This document shows, piece by piece, positions 12,300 to 25,358 of a DNA stretch of 64,000 bases. Positions within the stretch are counted from its first letter, which is position 1; each line of letters opens with the position of its first letter. The notes below the pieces were generated by a model. That model ran no database searches. It worked only from the letters and a program-made list of their open reading frames with translations, and was not told the DNA's origin. The position numbers and the translations under genes are program-made. The stretch is from Takakia lepidozioides (taxonomy: Eukaryota; Plantae; Bryophyta): positions 30,132,001 to 30,196,000 of the forward strand of contig CM060733.1 in assembly GCA_030704615.1 (NCBI GenBank), written 5' to 3'.

Positions 12300-14780
12300 A
12301 AAGATCATAATTAGGGATAGGACTGGTACAACGAATAAACAAAGCCATGTTGAGAGGGAGACTAGAGATCCGGTTTAAAATCAAGCTTGCACAATATTAT
12401 GACTGTAGGCAATCCCATCCGACTGGTACAAACTGGGAATGTTCAAGAAACTCAATTTCATTCTAGATCTAATCTTTGAAGATTGCTTGAGCGAGCATCT
12501 TCTCCCTCGGAACTCAACAGTTTATCTAAAACACCCCCTTCGCATCCTACCAAATATAATCCACCATTTGGTACCAGCTGAGCTTTTAGCACGGCTTAGC
12601 AACTTACCAACGTTATACCCTAGTCCCATGCACACATTCTCGAAAGGTTTCAGAACTTTGCCAGAATGAATGACGTAGTACAAGAGATCTGAGAGAAGGA
12701 AAAAAGTCAAAACTAGCCCACGAACTGCACCTACGTTTTGAGCCATCTTTTCGTCCAGCTTGAAGCCAACCAGCATCTCTTTCATTGAAGCTGCAGTGTG
12801 TGATTTCGTGCTGAACCAGTGTATACCCCATTGCTTCATAACCGAGCTTGTCGCAGCAAGCACATGGTTAGACATAGACAGAACCATTCTCGTAGTCCAG
12901 AGAAATATAGTGACAGAGGACCATAACAGTCCTAGCCACAGAACGCAGTCCGCAAATTGACTAAAGGAAAACCTTGCAGGGCGGGGAATCCCACTAAAGG
13001 ATCCAAGGACCCATAACAATCCCCAGCCAGCAGCAAGGGACAATGCCCACCGGGCGTACATCGTAATTTGCCCATGATGCTTTCCACAGTCGAAGCCCTT
13101 GCCCTCGCCTCCCTCATAGGGGAGGCGATGGATGCTGCCGTTCAAGTTGCCGCTCCCAAGTACGCCACCGCGACCTGCAGTTCACGATTTCTTTAGTTTC
13201 AGGTAGTTACCAGAGACAGCTAGATAGAGCAGATCAGAGCTTGAAGATAGTCTAGCATGATGGAGGCTCTGCAAAATGAATCGTGAGTCGACCGATGATC
13301 TAAGTCTCTTAGAAGTACGTTTTCGAGAATGCAGTGTTATTCGGCAAATCCACTTACCATGTGCAAACTCCAGCAGGCTCCATGGCTGACGCTCCCAGAA
13401 GAACCTGAGCAGGCCTGCTCCCCCTGAGGGCCGGCAGATTTTCCCAGTGCCCCCGTCCTTGTTAGACCTTGAATAAAACAATCGAAAATGGAGGGAGAGA
13501 AACACAATCCGTTGCGTGTCTTCTTCGGTGGAGAGTGGTTTCCCGCTTCGGAATATTCTACCCCACATACAGTTATAAGAGGGCGCTGCGGTTGTCCACA
13601 CTGCCGAGGGAGCCTCTCCAATCCTGAACATTGTTCAAAGGCATTTCCAAGAGTATGTCAGTGTTTGTCGACGTTTACTTTCGCCCTTTCTAGGGTAAAC
13701 AGGAATTTTTGGTGAGCTCCTTCTTAGGCAGCCTCATCTGCGGAAAATCAATCTCCAACCCAATAGTGTACATATCCAATTTGAACGTTGTCGGACCCTC
13801 AGTTGGCATAATTGGTCAAGATGTAAGAATCGAAGTTGGAGAGCTCTGGGCACGTCGAGTGTTAGGTCCGGAAACCACAAGCCATGTGGACATGAAGGCG
13901 TCCCTAGAGTATGCAGAGGCAGCGTCTACAAGAGAAATTCTATTATGACTTCGACGTCAGATCAAGTTCCCAGGTCTAACCTTCAAAGTACCTAGCCTCA
14001 CTTTGCTTCATCTATCAGTATGGTCGAGCCGATCACCAGAAAAAATTGGAAGAACTTCTTCGAATCAGTTCAAATTGATTGAGAGGCAATGACCAGTTGC
14101 TTACGTGGCTACTCCAAATTCGTGGAACCATGGCTTTGTGATACCGCTGCTGATGAGATGTGTCCTAACCCGCGACTTGCCAGAGGGCACACTGTCTCTC
14201 CTATGCGAAACGCCGGTAGATTGCAGTCGTGATACCCCAATTTTGCAGACATTTCCATACCAAAGCCGTGTAAATTCAACCTTGTCCAGAGATATCGACC
14301 TTGGGTTAGTCTTTGCAGACCTCCATGTGTGTCCACTGTTGCTCAGCTTCCCATGGCAAGCATAATTATGAGAGAAAGAGAGGGACTGCCTCATAGTAGC
14401 GGGGATGAGAGAAATATCAAGACGAGGGTTTAAGGGGGTTTTTAGGGCTCAGGGGTTATACCTGAAATATGACTAATTCAGCCAGACTCGAGTCAACAAA
14501 ACCATTGATGATCTGGGAATTGAAGATCTGTGTGCAGTGGAAGCTGAAAGAAATCGTGCAAGCACTTGATGGCTCCAGCATCCGCTCCAAAATCCTGAAA
14601 GTTTAATTCGGTGAAAATTGAGCACCTGGAGGTAGAATGATCGTGTCCACTGAGAACTATAGGGTGACCCTTCTTCTTCCAGGAAGTTAACTAGACCCAA
14701 TAACCTCAGTGCAGTCTTGCCGTGTGCACGGTTTGTAGATGATGGAACGTCAACTGGAAAGTGTCTCAAGAGACCCTGAG
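12300..14780 (-). mobile_element. Heavily degenerate L1-type LINE ORF2 3' portion
   Basis: Fragmentary frames resemble post-RT and zf-RVT segments (RSAKTNPRSISL, RRSSSNFFW, KVFL*SICGL..CACC), with many stops and frameshifts. Confidence 0.4.
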
Positions 14781-14786
14781 TTCCAC

Positions 14787-16063
14787 TGTAACTCTTACAT
14801 CAATCCCGAATTCCATTTGAGAAAACTCCCCATAAATCTTTAAAGATGCATGACACAAACACGGAACTTGAGATAGACACGGAGCCAAACAATCAATCGA
14901 TGATCTATGAGACCTCGGAAGAAAATCAAGCAGAGTACAGTAGACGAGAGAGACGACAAACGAAGTACATTTATCGTCAGCCTCTTGAACTTAGCGTCTG
15001 TTCCGTTGAAGAAGGTTGCACGAACGACATGCAGCAATCGGAATCTTAACTATGCGTCGTGTCCAAAACATGTGCATCCACTAGTCATATCCACTGCCAC
15101 AGTGTGGACATAACCAATCTCCATCAGGAACCCTCTCAAGAGGTGGTGTCAAGCATCCCATGTGCCAACCTCTTGAGCATCGATCACACACCAGCATAGT
15201 GGCGGCACCACGAGCATGCCCACATAACATGCAACGCAATCCTGCAGGTACCACTACAAGGTTGGGATCTATCCTCCCATTCACATGTGGAAGGTGACAT
15301 GGCACACAATTACGCACATGGTCCTTCCATACCATGCCATCTCGACCCTCCAGAATCAACACTCCTGAAGGCAACACCTCCCCGACCCTTAGAATCACAC
15401 GTCCTGCTGTGACATCTAAGGTCGTAGGCACTGTCTGCTGCAGATACACATAGTCCCCAGGGTAGAAACGCCGAACACCTGGCCGATATCCCCCTCCACG
15501 TATAGTGGCATACCTCAATGTATCTCGGTGTTGGGCAATAGCAAGATTCTCAAAAGCCATAGGCATGACTCTCTTGAACAACTCTGCCCGCTGGGCACAT
15601 GCTTGTGTCCACACATCCAGATCATCAAGGTTGAGGACTACTGCAGCCTCCCTGCGAATAGACGCAGACAAATCTGGCTCTCGGCCAAAAAGAAGGAAAT
15701 ATGGTGAGAAGGAGGCAAGTGATTAAATCTGTAGCCCATGGCTAGCCAAGGTACCTGAAGATCCCAATCTCCTAGGTGTCCCTTTTGTAAGTCATACTTG
15801 CGCAAACCTCTCTTCACCATCTGCACCACTCTCTCTGCCAAGCCATCGGCCTCAGGATGATCCTGAGAAGTGGTACGGTGGTCTATCAAGGCTTTATCAC
15901 ACAAAGCCTGAAACTCCCCCAAGAACTCTCTCCCTTGGTCCGTGAGTACCTCAGCTAGAGCACCAAATTGGCTAAGCACACGATCCAGGAATGCATACGC
16001 AGCCCCCTCACTAGCCTTGTCAGGCAATGGAACCAACTCAATCCAGTTGGAGAAGTGCTCCAT
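14787..16063 (-). mobile_element. Ty3/Gypsy 3' remnant: integrase core plus C-terminal PHD finger, followed by probable LTR sequence
   Basis: EHFSNWIELVPL..VLTDQGREF..HPEADGLAERVV (rve core); SPYFLLFGREP; CMLC..MLVCDRCSRGWHMGCLTPPLERVPDGDWLCPHC (C4HC3 PHD); one frameshift near 15720; LTR-like end TGTAAC at 14787. Confidence 0.85.
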
Positions 16064-18362
16064 TCCTTTTCCCCCAATATGGTGCGCAATATGTTTTCAG
16101 AAATGTTTTTTTCACAGTGCATAACATCAAGTATATATCGTATCAACAAATCCTGCAATCATGGAACCACCATCAATATGGTATACTTTGATGGTAAAGC
16201 CAAGAGATGACATCTTAATAATGGGAAAAAGAAGAAACCAGCCTTGCATGCTGCAGACAGTATCCAGAGAGACAAAAGCCAGACATTTTCATGGAAAACA
16301 ACCATATTGCTGCTACATGTGCCATACATAGGCGACTCCAAACTTGCTTCATGCAATTTGCATTAGGCTGAAATCTAAGTCGTGTGTGATGATCCTTACA
16401 ACTGTATCCATGCAACTATGAAATCAGCCCTGCCGACAAACAAACAATGAAGACATACCTACCTTCCAATATGGCAGGTTCCAAAAGATCGACCTTCGCT
16501 TCATGCCATGGGATTTGGCAGGGCACACATTCTGGCGACGGCTGCCAAATGTTTCCATGAACCTCTCGTTTTCCTCCGCATTTTGGAGCTGATCCACAGT
16601 GGATACTTGGGGGGGGGGGGGGGGGTCTGTGATCGGAGGCTCCATTGAAGTGGTTGCGATTGCGTCTATATGGATGGCCTGCTGGTAAGAATTTTCTGTG
16701 CCCCTGGTACACCATTTTGCTTAGTGCACTGGAGTGCCTGGCATCAAGATTGGGCCCACACACGGGACAAGCCTTGTAGCCCCCAACTGCACACCCTGCT
16801 AGCATGGCATATGCAGGATAGTCATGTACTGACCACATCAGAATGGCTCTCATGACAAAGGTCCTTGATCCTTCATTGCCAGATGCATCATTAGCCCTAA
16901 CACCTTCCCACAACACGGTCAGCTCATCCACCAGAGGCTGCAAGAACACATCCGCATTGGTCTTCGTCACAGATGTCGGCCCTGGAATTAAGAGTGTCAA
17001 CATCATAAAAAAAGGCTTTGTGCTCAGCCAAGGAGGAAGGTTGTAGTTCATGAGCAAGACTGGCCACGTAGACCATTTTGTTGATTTATCACCAAAGGCA
17101 TTGATACCATCCCATGCCAAACCTAGTCGCAAGTTGCGAGGTTCAGCTGCAAAAGCAGGCCATGTATCGTCAATGTATTTCCATGCAAGACTGTCAGGCG
17201 GGTGTCTCATCTTCCCATCTTGACTTTGGTTCTCCATGTGCCACACCATAAGCTTAGATATCTCCTTGCACTTGTACATGCGCTGCAGCCGGGGAATCAA
17301 GGGGAAATGCCGCAAGACCTTCTGTGGAACCAACGTCTTCATGCCAGGGATGTACCGAGGCGCCCCACATTTAGGGCAAGATGGTGCATCCTGCAGATCT
17401 CCCCTGTATAGCACACATCCCTTCTCACAAGCATGGATGCTATCGTAATTAAGCCCAGCTTTTGTTATAAGTTTCTTCGCTTCGTAATGAGATTTGGGCA
17501 AAAAGTTCCCTTTAGGCAATAGATATCCGTGAAAAAGTTTCAAAAGCTCATCCATCGCTGCATTTGTGACACCATGAGTAGCACTAACATTGAGCAAAAG
17601 CAACGTCGCACTCAAGCAGCTGGTGGGGCAGCCAACATATAGAGGTGTGGTTGCTTGATGCTGAAATTGGAAAGCAGCACCGTCATCCCCATCCCCATGA
17701 CTTTGTCCATCATGATGGCGCTCGTCTTCTCCAAGCCCTTCATCCTCATTAATGGTGCTTTGCACATTATCTGCAACTACAAATGTTTCCTGCAACATGC
17801 GAACGATGTCGACGTCGGGGTCTAGATTCTCTCCACCACGAACAGGAACAGGGCTAATCTGTCTTTCCACATCATCCTCAGGGGGGCTACGTTCTTCCAC
17901 AAAGTCTTCGTCTTCGGAGTCGACACTCTCCACCTGCATGTTCACCTGCAAACTATAAGAGTATAGTCTTGTCCAAAATGTAACGTGTTGCATAAAACAG
18001 GGAATCTCCAAATTGACCGTGCTAGTTTCCATACAGTAGTCCACCGTACATGTACAGTGGAGGGCCGTTCAACATTACCATTCTAAGGGCTTCATCCTAA
18101 GTTATGTCTGCGAGAAGTGAGGCGAGAGATGCACGTCACTCACCATGGGATAACCCAACAGTGGATCCCGGTCGTTGGCAAGCAAATGCAATTTGGCAGT
18201 TTCCACGAATTGGAGTCGACCCCCATGGCAGTCGTTGCAGGGACACATTATCTTTGAAATACCCAGTCTAGTTGCACGTCGTTCCTCGATTTGCCAAAGT
18301 CCTGCGTCAGTGTGGGGCACCGCAGTGCGGCGCCGGATGTTTCTAGTTCCGGCCTCTCTCAT
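16064..18362 (-). pseudogene. CACTA transposase (TnpD; Transpos_assoc + Transposase_21), 3'-truncated
   Basis: Exons ~18362-18144 (CPCNDC..H), 17945-~16464 (IHACEKGCVLY..CPKC; LRHFPLIPRLQR; RNLRLGLAWDGINAF; WSVHDYPAY) and 16152-16064 (LDVMHCEKNI). One frameshift at the G-run near 16608-16625. Confidence 0.9.
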
Positions 18363-18588
18363 CCCCCACGAAACGCTTCTGGGTTTGGCTAGTTTTTGAA
18401 GTGGGAAGTCAGCGAGTGCTCGGATGTGGGGAACCTACGTTTGTGCTTGTAGGCGTTGGAGTATTCGTATGGCGGGTCCACCTCCCCTCTGTTTCCTACA
18501 TGCGCTCCTTCTATTGTTTGATCAGTAGATCATGGTAGTCTTGTTTGAGGTCGATTACTGCGATTTGAGCGACGAGGAGGAACCCGCC

Positions 18589-21500
18589 ATGGCACGGACA
18601 CGCAAGGCCTCTACACCCGACACCCCTCCACGCACTGCCTACGAGGAAGAGCAAGAGAGGCGCATAGCGGCCAACAAGGAGACGTTGGCTCAGCTGAACA
18701 TTGGGAGCGTTGCGCGCAGGTGAGCAGATCACCCTTGTCCTTAGTATGCATGCTACATAGGTAGTGAGTGGGGGTTTCCCACCACATTAGCCTACTGCTT
18801 TTCCCTCCCATAGGTTTCATGGTGATGACATTTTCACGATCGCCTTTTGTTTAGGGCAAGATTCACACAGGGTTTTGGAAATGTGTGCGCAGCATAGCTA
18901 GGAGTGTACAACGGCCGACTAGGAGCTCCAAAGTTGTGTGGAACGGGCCTCCTTGACAAAGTGGGCGCTTGAAAGAACTAGCATTACCTTCGATGGCGGA
19001 GGAAGAGCCCGAGACTCCCCAGTCGGTGGGCTCTGAGGCAGAGGAACTCGACGAGCGTGATCAGGAGCTCGATGAGGATTACAACATAGATGACGACGAC
19101 GATTCGGAGGAGGAAATGCACGAGGACATAGAGGAGGACGAGGATGGAGATGATGTGGACAAGGTATCAGATTTGGAGAACTACATCAGTGGTGCATGTG
19201 GACTGACCGAGCCTCCCAATGCAACGCATGCTCCGAGGGCACCAAAACGGCTAGCTCCTCTTCCACGAGAGGTAAGCGGGCATTTGCTGTACTGATTTCT
19301 TAGGTTTGTGGCAGGATTTGCATCTTCTTATTTGTTTTTCCTTTTGGTCCCAGCAGTTTTTTCCATTTTCCACTAGCAGGATGAAGCACCACTTTCTTGC
19401 TCTCTATACCTCATGATACAAGGGTTTATCTATTGTCTATTCCTTGGAACCCAAATCTGTTATTAAAGTCTTCTATACATTTTTCCATTTTGTGCCATGA
19501 GAAATGCAACTCTGCAGATTGCTGACTCCCTCACAGAAGGTTCAAACTTGTGATGGCCTGCCTTAATACCCAAAAAGTGCAAAGGGGGTTGTGGGAGGGA
19601 GGGACCTGCACAGGTGGGGGGCTGCATATTGTGGTGTCATGTTGCAACAAGAAAGAAATTGTAGTGGGAGAGGAGGAACCCCCAGGAGCACAATGGTAAC
19701 CGCCTCATCAGCCAGCCATGTCCGAGAGGGGGCGCTCACGACTCTTCCTCTCCCATCTTCCTGCTCCCTCTATTGTCAAATGTTGATAATATGTGAAGCC
19801 ATTATCAGCCATTATCATATTGTACTCTCATTGATATGTACGATGGTCATCGGGGCCAGATTATGCCTACAAGGGATTCCCCAAAGAACCCCGAAAGAGG
19901 GTCGAAACATACAAGGAGGACTTTCCCAGTGACGTTTGGCGTGTTCAATGGATCAGACCTAAATTCATTTTGGGTGCGATTTCTGCTGCATTCAGTGTAT
20001 GTATATTATAGAGCGCGTTTGTTGTTGATGTATCCTACATGATGTTCATGCTTTATCTTCCTACATAACTCTTTCCCACATGTTGATTTGCAGGATCCAG
20101 TGAGAAAGAAGAAGGGAGTTGCTCCGGCATGTGTCTTCAACCATCCCTCCCCACGTCTTCAACCAACCCCGGATGGACGAGGCCCTCCCTCCTTTCCACG
20201 TAACACTGGTGCATTTTATCCCCCTGGCATTCAGAGGTATGCACAGTATGAACAACAAACTGCTCATGTTCCAGCCGCCCTTGAAATTCACCCGCCCTTT
20301 TCTCAGTCGTATAATGCAAACAGCCCGTCAAGGGAGAACCAGTCATGTGCAGTTCCGTGTGGGGCATTTCCGCAAACTGGGGAAGCACAACATCCTCCTG
20401 TTCAGCATGGGCACTACCACGAAGGTGTGTGGTACCCTCACCCCAACCCTCCCCTACCTGCGCATCCTCCCCAGGCAACGTATCCCAGAAGCCCCATGTA
20501 TAGTGCGCCGTTGCATGGCCCTTATTCCAGGCAGCCCATAGCTTCACCCAATTGCAACGCTTTGCAGCCTCTTCAATTCCCAAGCTCACCAGCTCCGAGC
20601 ACAGGTTATGTTCCTGCCCACCCCACACCCCACGTTGGTGCGTGGCAGGGTTCATGTCCGCCCGAAGGGCCCCATGTTGCAGGTTGTGAGGGAGGAGAGG
20701 AGGCCCGCGATTCCAATATGACTCCAGATGCGCAACATTTGACTGGCAAGGACAGAGCCAATTTTTTGCGCAAGGTGAGGAGAGTAGCACGGAGAGGGTT
20801 GAAAGAAACGTCTTGTGCAAATGTAGCTGCTGGGCAAAAGAGATTCATAGTTGCGTGTGGCAAAAAGGGCCCATGCGGGGATGCACGGAATGACTGGCTG
20901 GCAGCCCTGCGAGGGCAATGCCAACGTGTGCTGGACTGTTCTGTGCCCATCCATCTTCAACCTCAAAGTCTGATTGACGAGGTGGGTGAACTATTAGCAG
21001 ATGATTGGGAATATTTACCTCCTGGGATAACTGGCGCCCAACTTCGAACTGAGATTGGAGGCGTCATTAAATACCAGCGCATCAAACTGTTTAGAAAAGT
21101 GTACTCCCGTGGCAAACCTAAGCCCCACTATGTTGCGGACAAGACTTGGGCAGAACTTGTGAGGCATTGGAACACGCCCGAATGGCAAAAGAGTCGTGAT
21201 AATGGCAAGCATGCACGGGGGCATGTTGGTGCCCCTTCGAGATCTGGACGCAGTAGCCTTAGCGGCGTTGAGGAACGTCTGGTAAATCTGCCTGTCTCAT
21301 GACATTGCCAATATATTCAGGTAGTGAGGTGTCTTGTCATTTGTATCTTACTCTTAGAGGATGGAACTAATATTCCCATATCATGTCCATGTGTAGGCTA
21401 AGACAAGAGGTCGTCCTCCACTTCTATCCAAAATTTCGGGGAGCAAGAATAGCAACAAGGGGTATGGTTCTGATTCAGCAAGGGCCACCCGATCTGTAAG

Positions 21501-22854
21501 TAACTAACCCACCTGCATTTGTTGCAATGATGTGCTTGTCAATTATTTATGGTTTTGCCTTCCTGTGTTGTTGTCCAATAGATTACCTCGCATGGCTAGT
21601 GCGATAGATGTATTGAATCGTATTTGCACTCTTTTTGTGGCAGGGCCTTGGAGCATTGGCTTCTCGGCTTGATGGCTTGGAAGGATGGAAACATACAATG
21701 GAGGCCAGCTCAATGGAGCACAAAATGGAATTGCAGGTAGTGAAATCCATGTTTGCCGCTGCAGTATCTAAGACAGACAAGTTCAACATGGCATTGGCAG
21801 CGAAGCTCGGTTTGGACCTGCCGAGGGATGAATCTCCATCAACATCAAACATTGTGTGTGAGTTGTCGCCCCCTGTTCATGGTGTTGTCCCACCTGCGAC
21901 TACTGTGGAAATGACAAGTACAGGTGAGCAGCCTCCTAGCAGTGGAGGCAGTGGACAAAGGAAAGGGGGCAATATTGTGGAAGAAGATGCCACAGGTGAG
22001 GACAAAGTTCAGAACATGGCATGTGACGATCCTTGCCTTAATTATGGTGCCAATGATGACCTATCCCCCCTTATTGAGAAGGGAGTGCCTGTACTGGAGG
22101 ATCACACCGGCAGTGAACTTAGACAGAGTGCCCAAGACATAGGGGCAGGGGCTAAGGGCACAGTAGTGGTTATTGTTGGGGCAGGGAAGAACATTGATTC
22201 AACAACAAAATTGGCCGTTGTACGGAAGGTAAGTACTCGTGTTCCTATATTCTTGTGCTGTTCCAAGTCGATTATGCAATACCTGCAGGCCGTTCATGAC
22301 TTCTGTGTACATGTGTGGGTTTCTATTGATTCAGAAGCCACCAAAGGAAATTGTTGCGGTGAATATGAGGAAGAAGTCCACAAGACTTGCTGCCGGCAAC
22401 GTTGATGGGAGCCGTATGGGAAGCTTCAAAGCGCCGGGACCTGTTGTAAGTTTTCCTTCGTGGAAGTACATCCGTATTTTGTTTGTAGGGCTATATAATG
22501 GCATCTCGCGTTTTCCCTGTCTATAACTGTTGCATGTGCATAACAAATGACAAGGGCACACATTGGTGGTGTTGGCTGTCCCAGTTTCAGGTTGGTGACA
22601 AGGTCACAATGTTTGACCCCAATGCACCCAAACGGAAGGCAGGCGTGGGCCATATATTGGGCATGTCGACTGACTGGCTGGCTTATGTCGTTCATGCCGA
22701 TTATCATGTTGTCTCGGTTGAATCAGTACATGGGGCAGATGTTGCTCTACCATACCCCAACAACGATGTTAGGCCTCCCATTGTGATGCTCAGTGACACT
22801 GTAGGCAGCACGGCCCTGTGGTCTGCCAAGTTCCTCAAACTGACCCGAACATGA
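18589..22854 (+). CDS. CACTA accessory TnpA-like multi-exon gene (Transposase_24-like domain, C-terminal Tnp1/En/Spm-like domain); exon structure approximate
   Basis: First exon MARTRK..YEEEQERRIAANKETLAQLNI; acidic and Pro-rich exons; KPHYVADKTWAELVRHWNTPEWQK..ARGHVGAPSRSGRSS; last exon FQVGDKV..VVSVESV..VALPYP..VGSTALWSAKFL; GT-AG boundaries visible. Confidence 0.7.
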
Positions 22855-24462
22855 GGTTGTGGGGGATCCTCAATTTGAAGGCAATTTTGACTGAACGCCA
22901 TTTCATATCGATTTCACCTTTTTTTCGTTATTGTGCGCATCAATGTAGGATTTGGGTACATTGTGGGGTTGTGATCAGCAGTGCAGACTCTGCAATACTT
23001 GCATGTTCAGACTAAACTTTATTTGGGCAATGAAGGGCGCACCCAACTTTGAAGCACCCTTGCATCTGGTCATTCTTTCTGTTGTTCTGGCCATGCTTAG
23101 TCAATTGTACATGTCATGAGCAGGTTGTTGCCGCAGTGCTTTGGAATTGTGTTTATGTATAAGAGTCATATTTCACATGGACTGTGAAACTGACAGTGTG
23201 GACAGTATCACGATTTGTGATATGATCATGATGCTTATGGACTACAACATCAGCAGTAGAATATTTCAGACCCACTATGGTATGCTCCTGTGGCTATGTG
23301 GAATGACCTACAGTATAGGCAGTAAAATACTACACACCCACTCCATGCAGATTACGCCACGTGCCGTCCTCTCCAAAATACACGCGTTGCCCATACCGTT
23401 GCCCACATGTCGTCAAGCCCAGATAACAGGGTGTCGCATCATTTTCCCGTAGGTGTGGACAAGTCCACACCTTTTGTACGTTTAGGATCCACGTGGCGTT
23501 GTTTGCCACGGAACACGTGGCCCCCAAACTTGCTGAAGCTGTGAAAACAGCCAGTGGATGGTCTCACACCGAATGGCTTTTTTCACACCCACATGCCACG
23601 CCAGATGTCCGCTCCACATAAGTGCACATCGCCTCTTTGTCTCCATACACGTGTCATCCCCACAAAAATACACGTGTTGCACACACCGTTGCCCAGATGT
23701 CGTGAAACCCTGGTGACAGGCAGTCGCATGGTTTTCCCATAGGTGTGGACAAATCCACACCTTTGTACATCTACGATCCACGTGGCGGTGTTCGCCAAAG
23801 CACACGTCGCTCGTGGAAAAAGCCATGAACCCCATGAAAAAGGCCACCCGTGGATTTAGCCACCCGTGGACTTTTCCACAGGGCCACCCGAGAGCCAGGC
23901 CGTCCACAGGGTGTCCGAAAGCACTCGTCGTTTCTTACACCCACGGCAGGTGTGGATTGGGGCGGATTCCACGGAAAAAAATGTGAAAAAAGCCGTGGAA
24001 AAAGCCGTTTTTTCTTCTAGTGATATGGGGGAGAAGCCTAAGACCATCACAAGTGCAAATCCTCGTGCATTGAAGGTAAATAGACATACCCTTGGAAATG
24101 GATACTTAGGAGGATATTATTCAGTCTTACGGATGTTTTCTGGCACCCAGATGTCCTTACAACAACCTGACAGTTTGTAATTATCCAAAAGTTTTTGTTA
24201 TTTGGAGTTTCGAAATACAAACCTTGTGTTTGCGGCGCCTGCAGCATTTCAGGCTTGACAAACAATGCCAGTCTCTTGATCATGAAGCCAACATTGAGGC
24301 TACCCCTGGTAATGCCCTAATCATCTTGAAGCCCCTGTTATCTTAGTTTGAAGCCCCTATTAACTTAGTTTCTGAGTCAGCTTACTGGTCCAGCAGTATC
24401 GTAAAGTACCAATGGCGCTGGCCAACATATATATATATATATATATATCTATGATCTGACCA

Positions 24463-24918
24463 GATTTGCTTGCTTGCATATGGGAAGGATCTCAAGGCTT
24501 GTTGGGAACAAGCACTGGTGGGAACTTCCAGAAGGAAGTTCAACTAGTTCCTGAACCTGTTTGCTCACTCCCCGCTACACCTATCAAGCTGATGGTGCCT
24601 ACTACAGAGTTGAAGGATTCTTTGGCATGTCTGCACAACTCTTCATATGGAGGCTTGGACATGAAGGTATGTAAATTCAAATAATGATATCAAATTTGTG
24701 AGCATTACAAAATATTGGTGCTATCTAATCAGATTGTTTCTCTAATTCATGTGCAGGAGGCCAAGAAACGGTTGAATCTCATATTCCCGAATTCCATCTA
24801 TGATGGGATGCTTGTTCAAAAGATTCTCAATGAGCTCGACCTGAATAAAAAGCTGAGTAAACATATTCCAGAACCACAGAAAAAGATAAAACGGACAAGA
24901 GGGGAGAAACCGCAGTAA
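24463..24918 (+). pseudogene. Two-exon gene fragment of unknown family
   Basis: Exon ..GGLDMK, GTATGT donor at 24667, TGCAG acceptor, then EAKKRLNLIFPNS..GEKPQ*. Confidence 0.35.
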
Positions 24919-25358
24919 AAGATGGCATTGAGACAAAAGGTTCAGACAGTGAGTCACAAGTCATCTTGACCTATAACATGAATTTTGGAGAGTTCACGAC
25001 TGCATTTTCATACTTTCTTTTCGAAATTTTCCATGATTTTAAAGTGTAAAGAGTTGAACCACACTGTATTCATCTTTGTGGGAGGAGGAGCCTAATCTAC
25101 AAGGATTGGGTGTTGCGCTGGTCAGTGGCCAGTCCACATCTGAAAGTTTCATTGGTATGGTGTTTGAAGCTGAAAACTGAACCCTAGTTTGGTTTGGTTT
25201 AGAGTAGTTTAGTTCTGAATGTGCTTTAGTTTATGTCAGATTAAAACAACAATACAGTCTCCTTTGTCACACACGTATATATGGAAGTCTTTAGAGGAAG
25301 ACTTAGCGTTGTGCAATTTTTTATTAAATTATGGATTTCGTTGGTTTGTCTCGCGCAG

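Larger units (their letters stand above)
16064..24022. mobile_element. CACTA/EnSpm transposon 1 (left end deleted)
   Basis: Right TIR ..TTTTTTCTTCTAGTG ends at 24022 (CACTAGAAGAAAAAA on the minus strand); CCACGG/CCGTGG subterminal repeats at ~23330-24010; contains transposase and TnpA-like genes. Confidence 0.88.

Noticed and set aside
23330-24050. Several 60-140 aa ORFs
   Set aside because: They lie in CACTA subterminal repeats and have no coding features.
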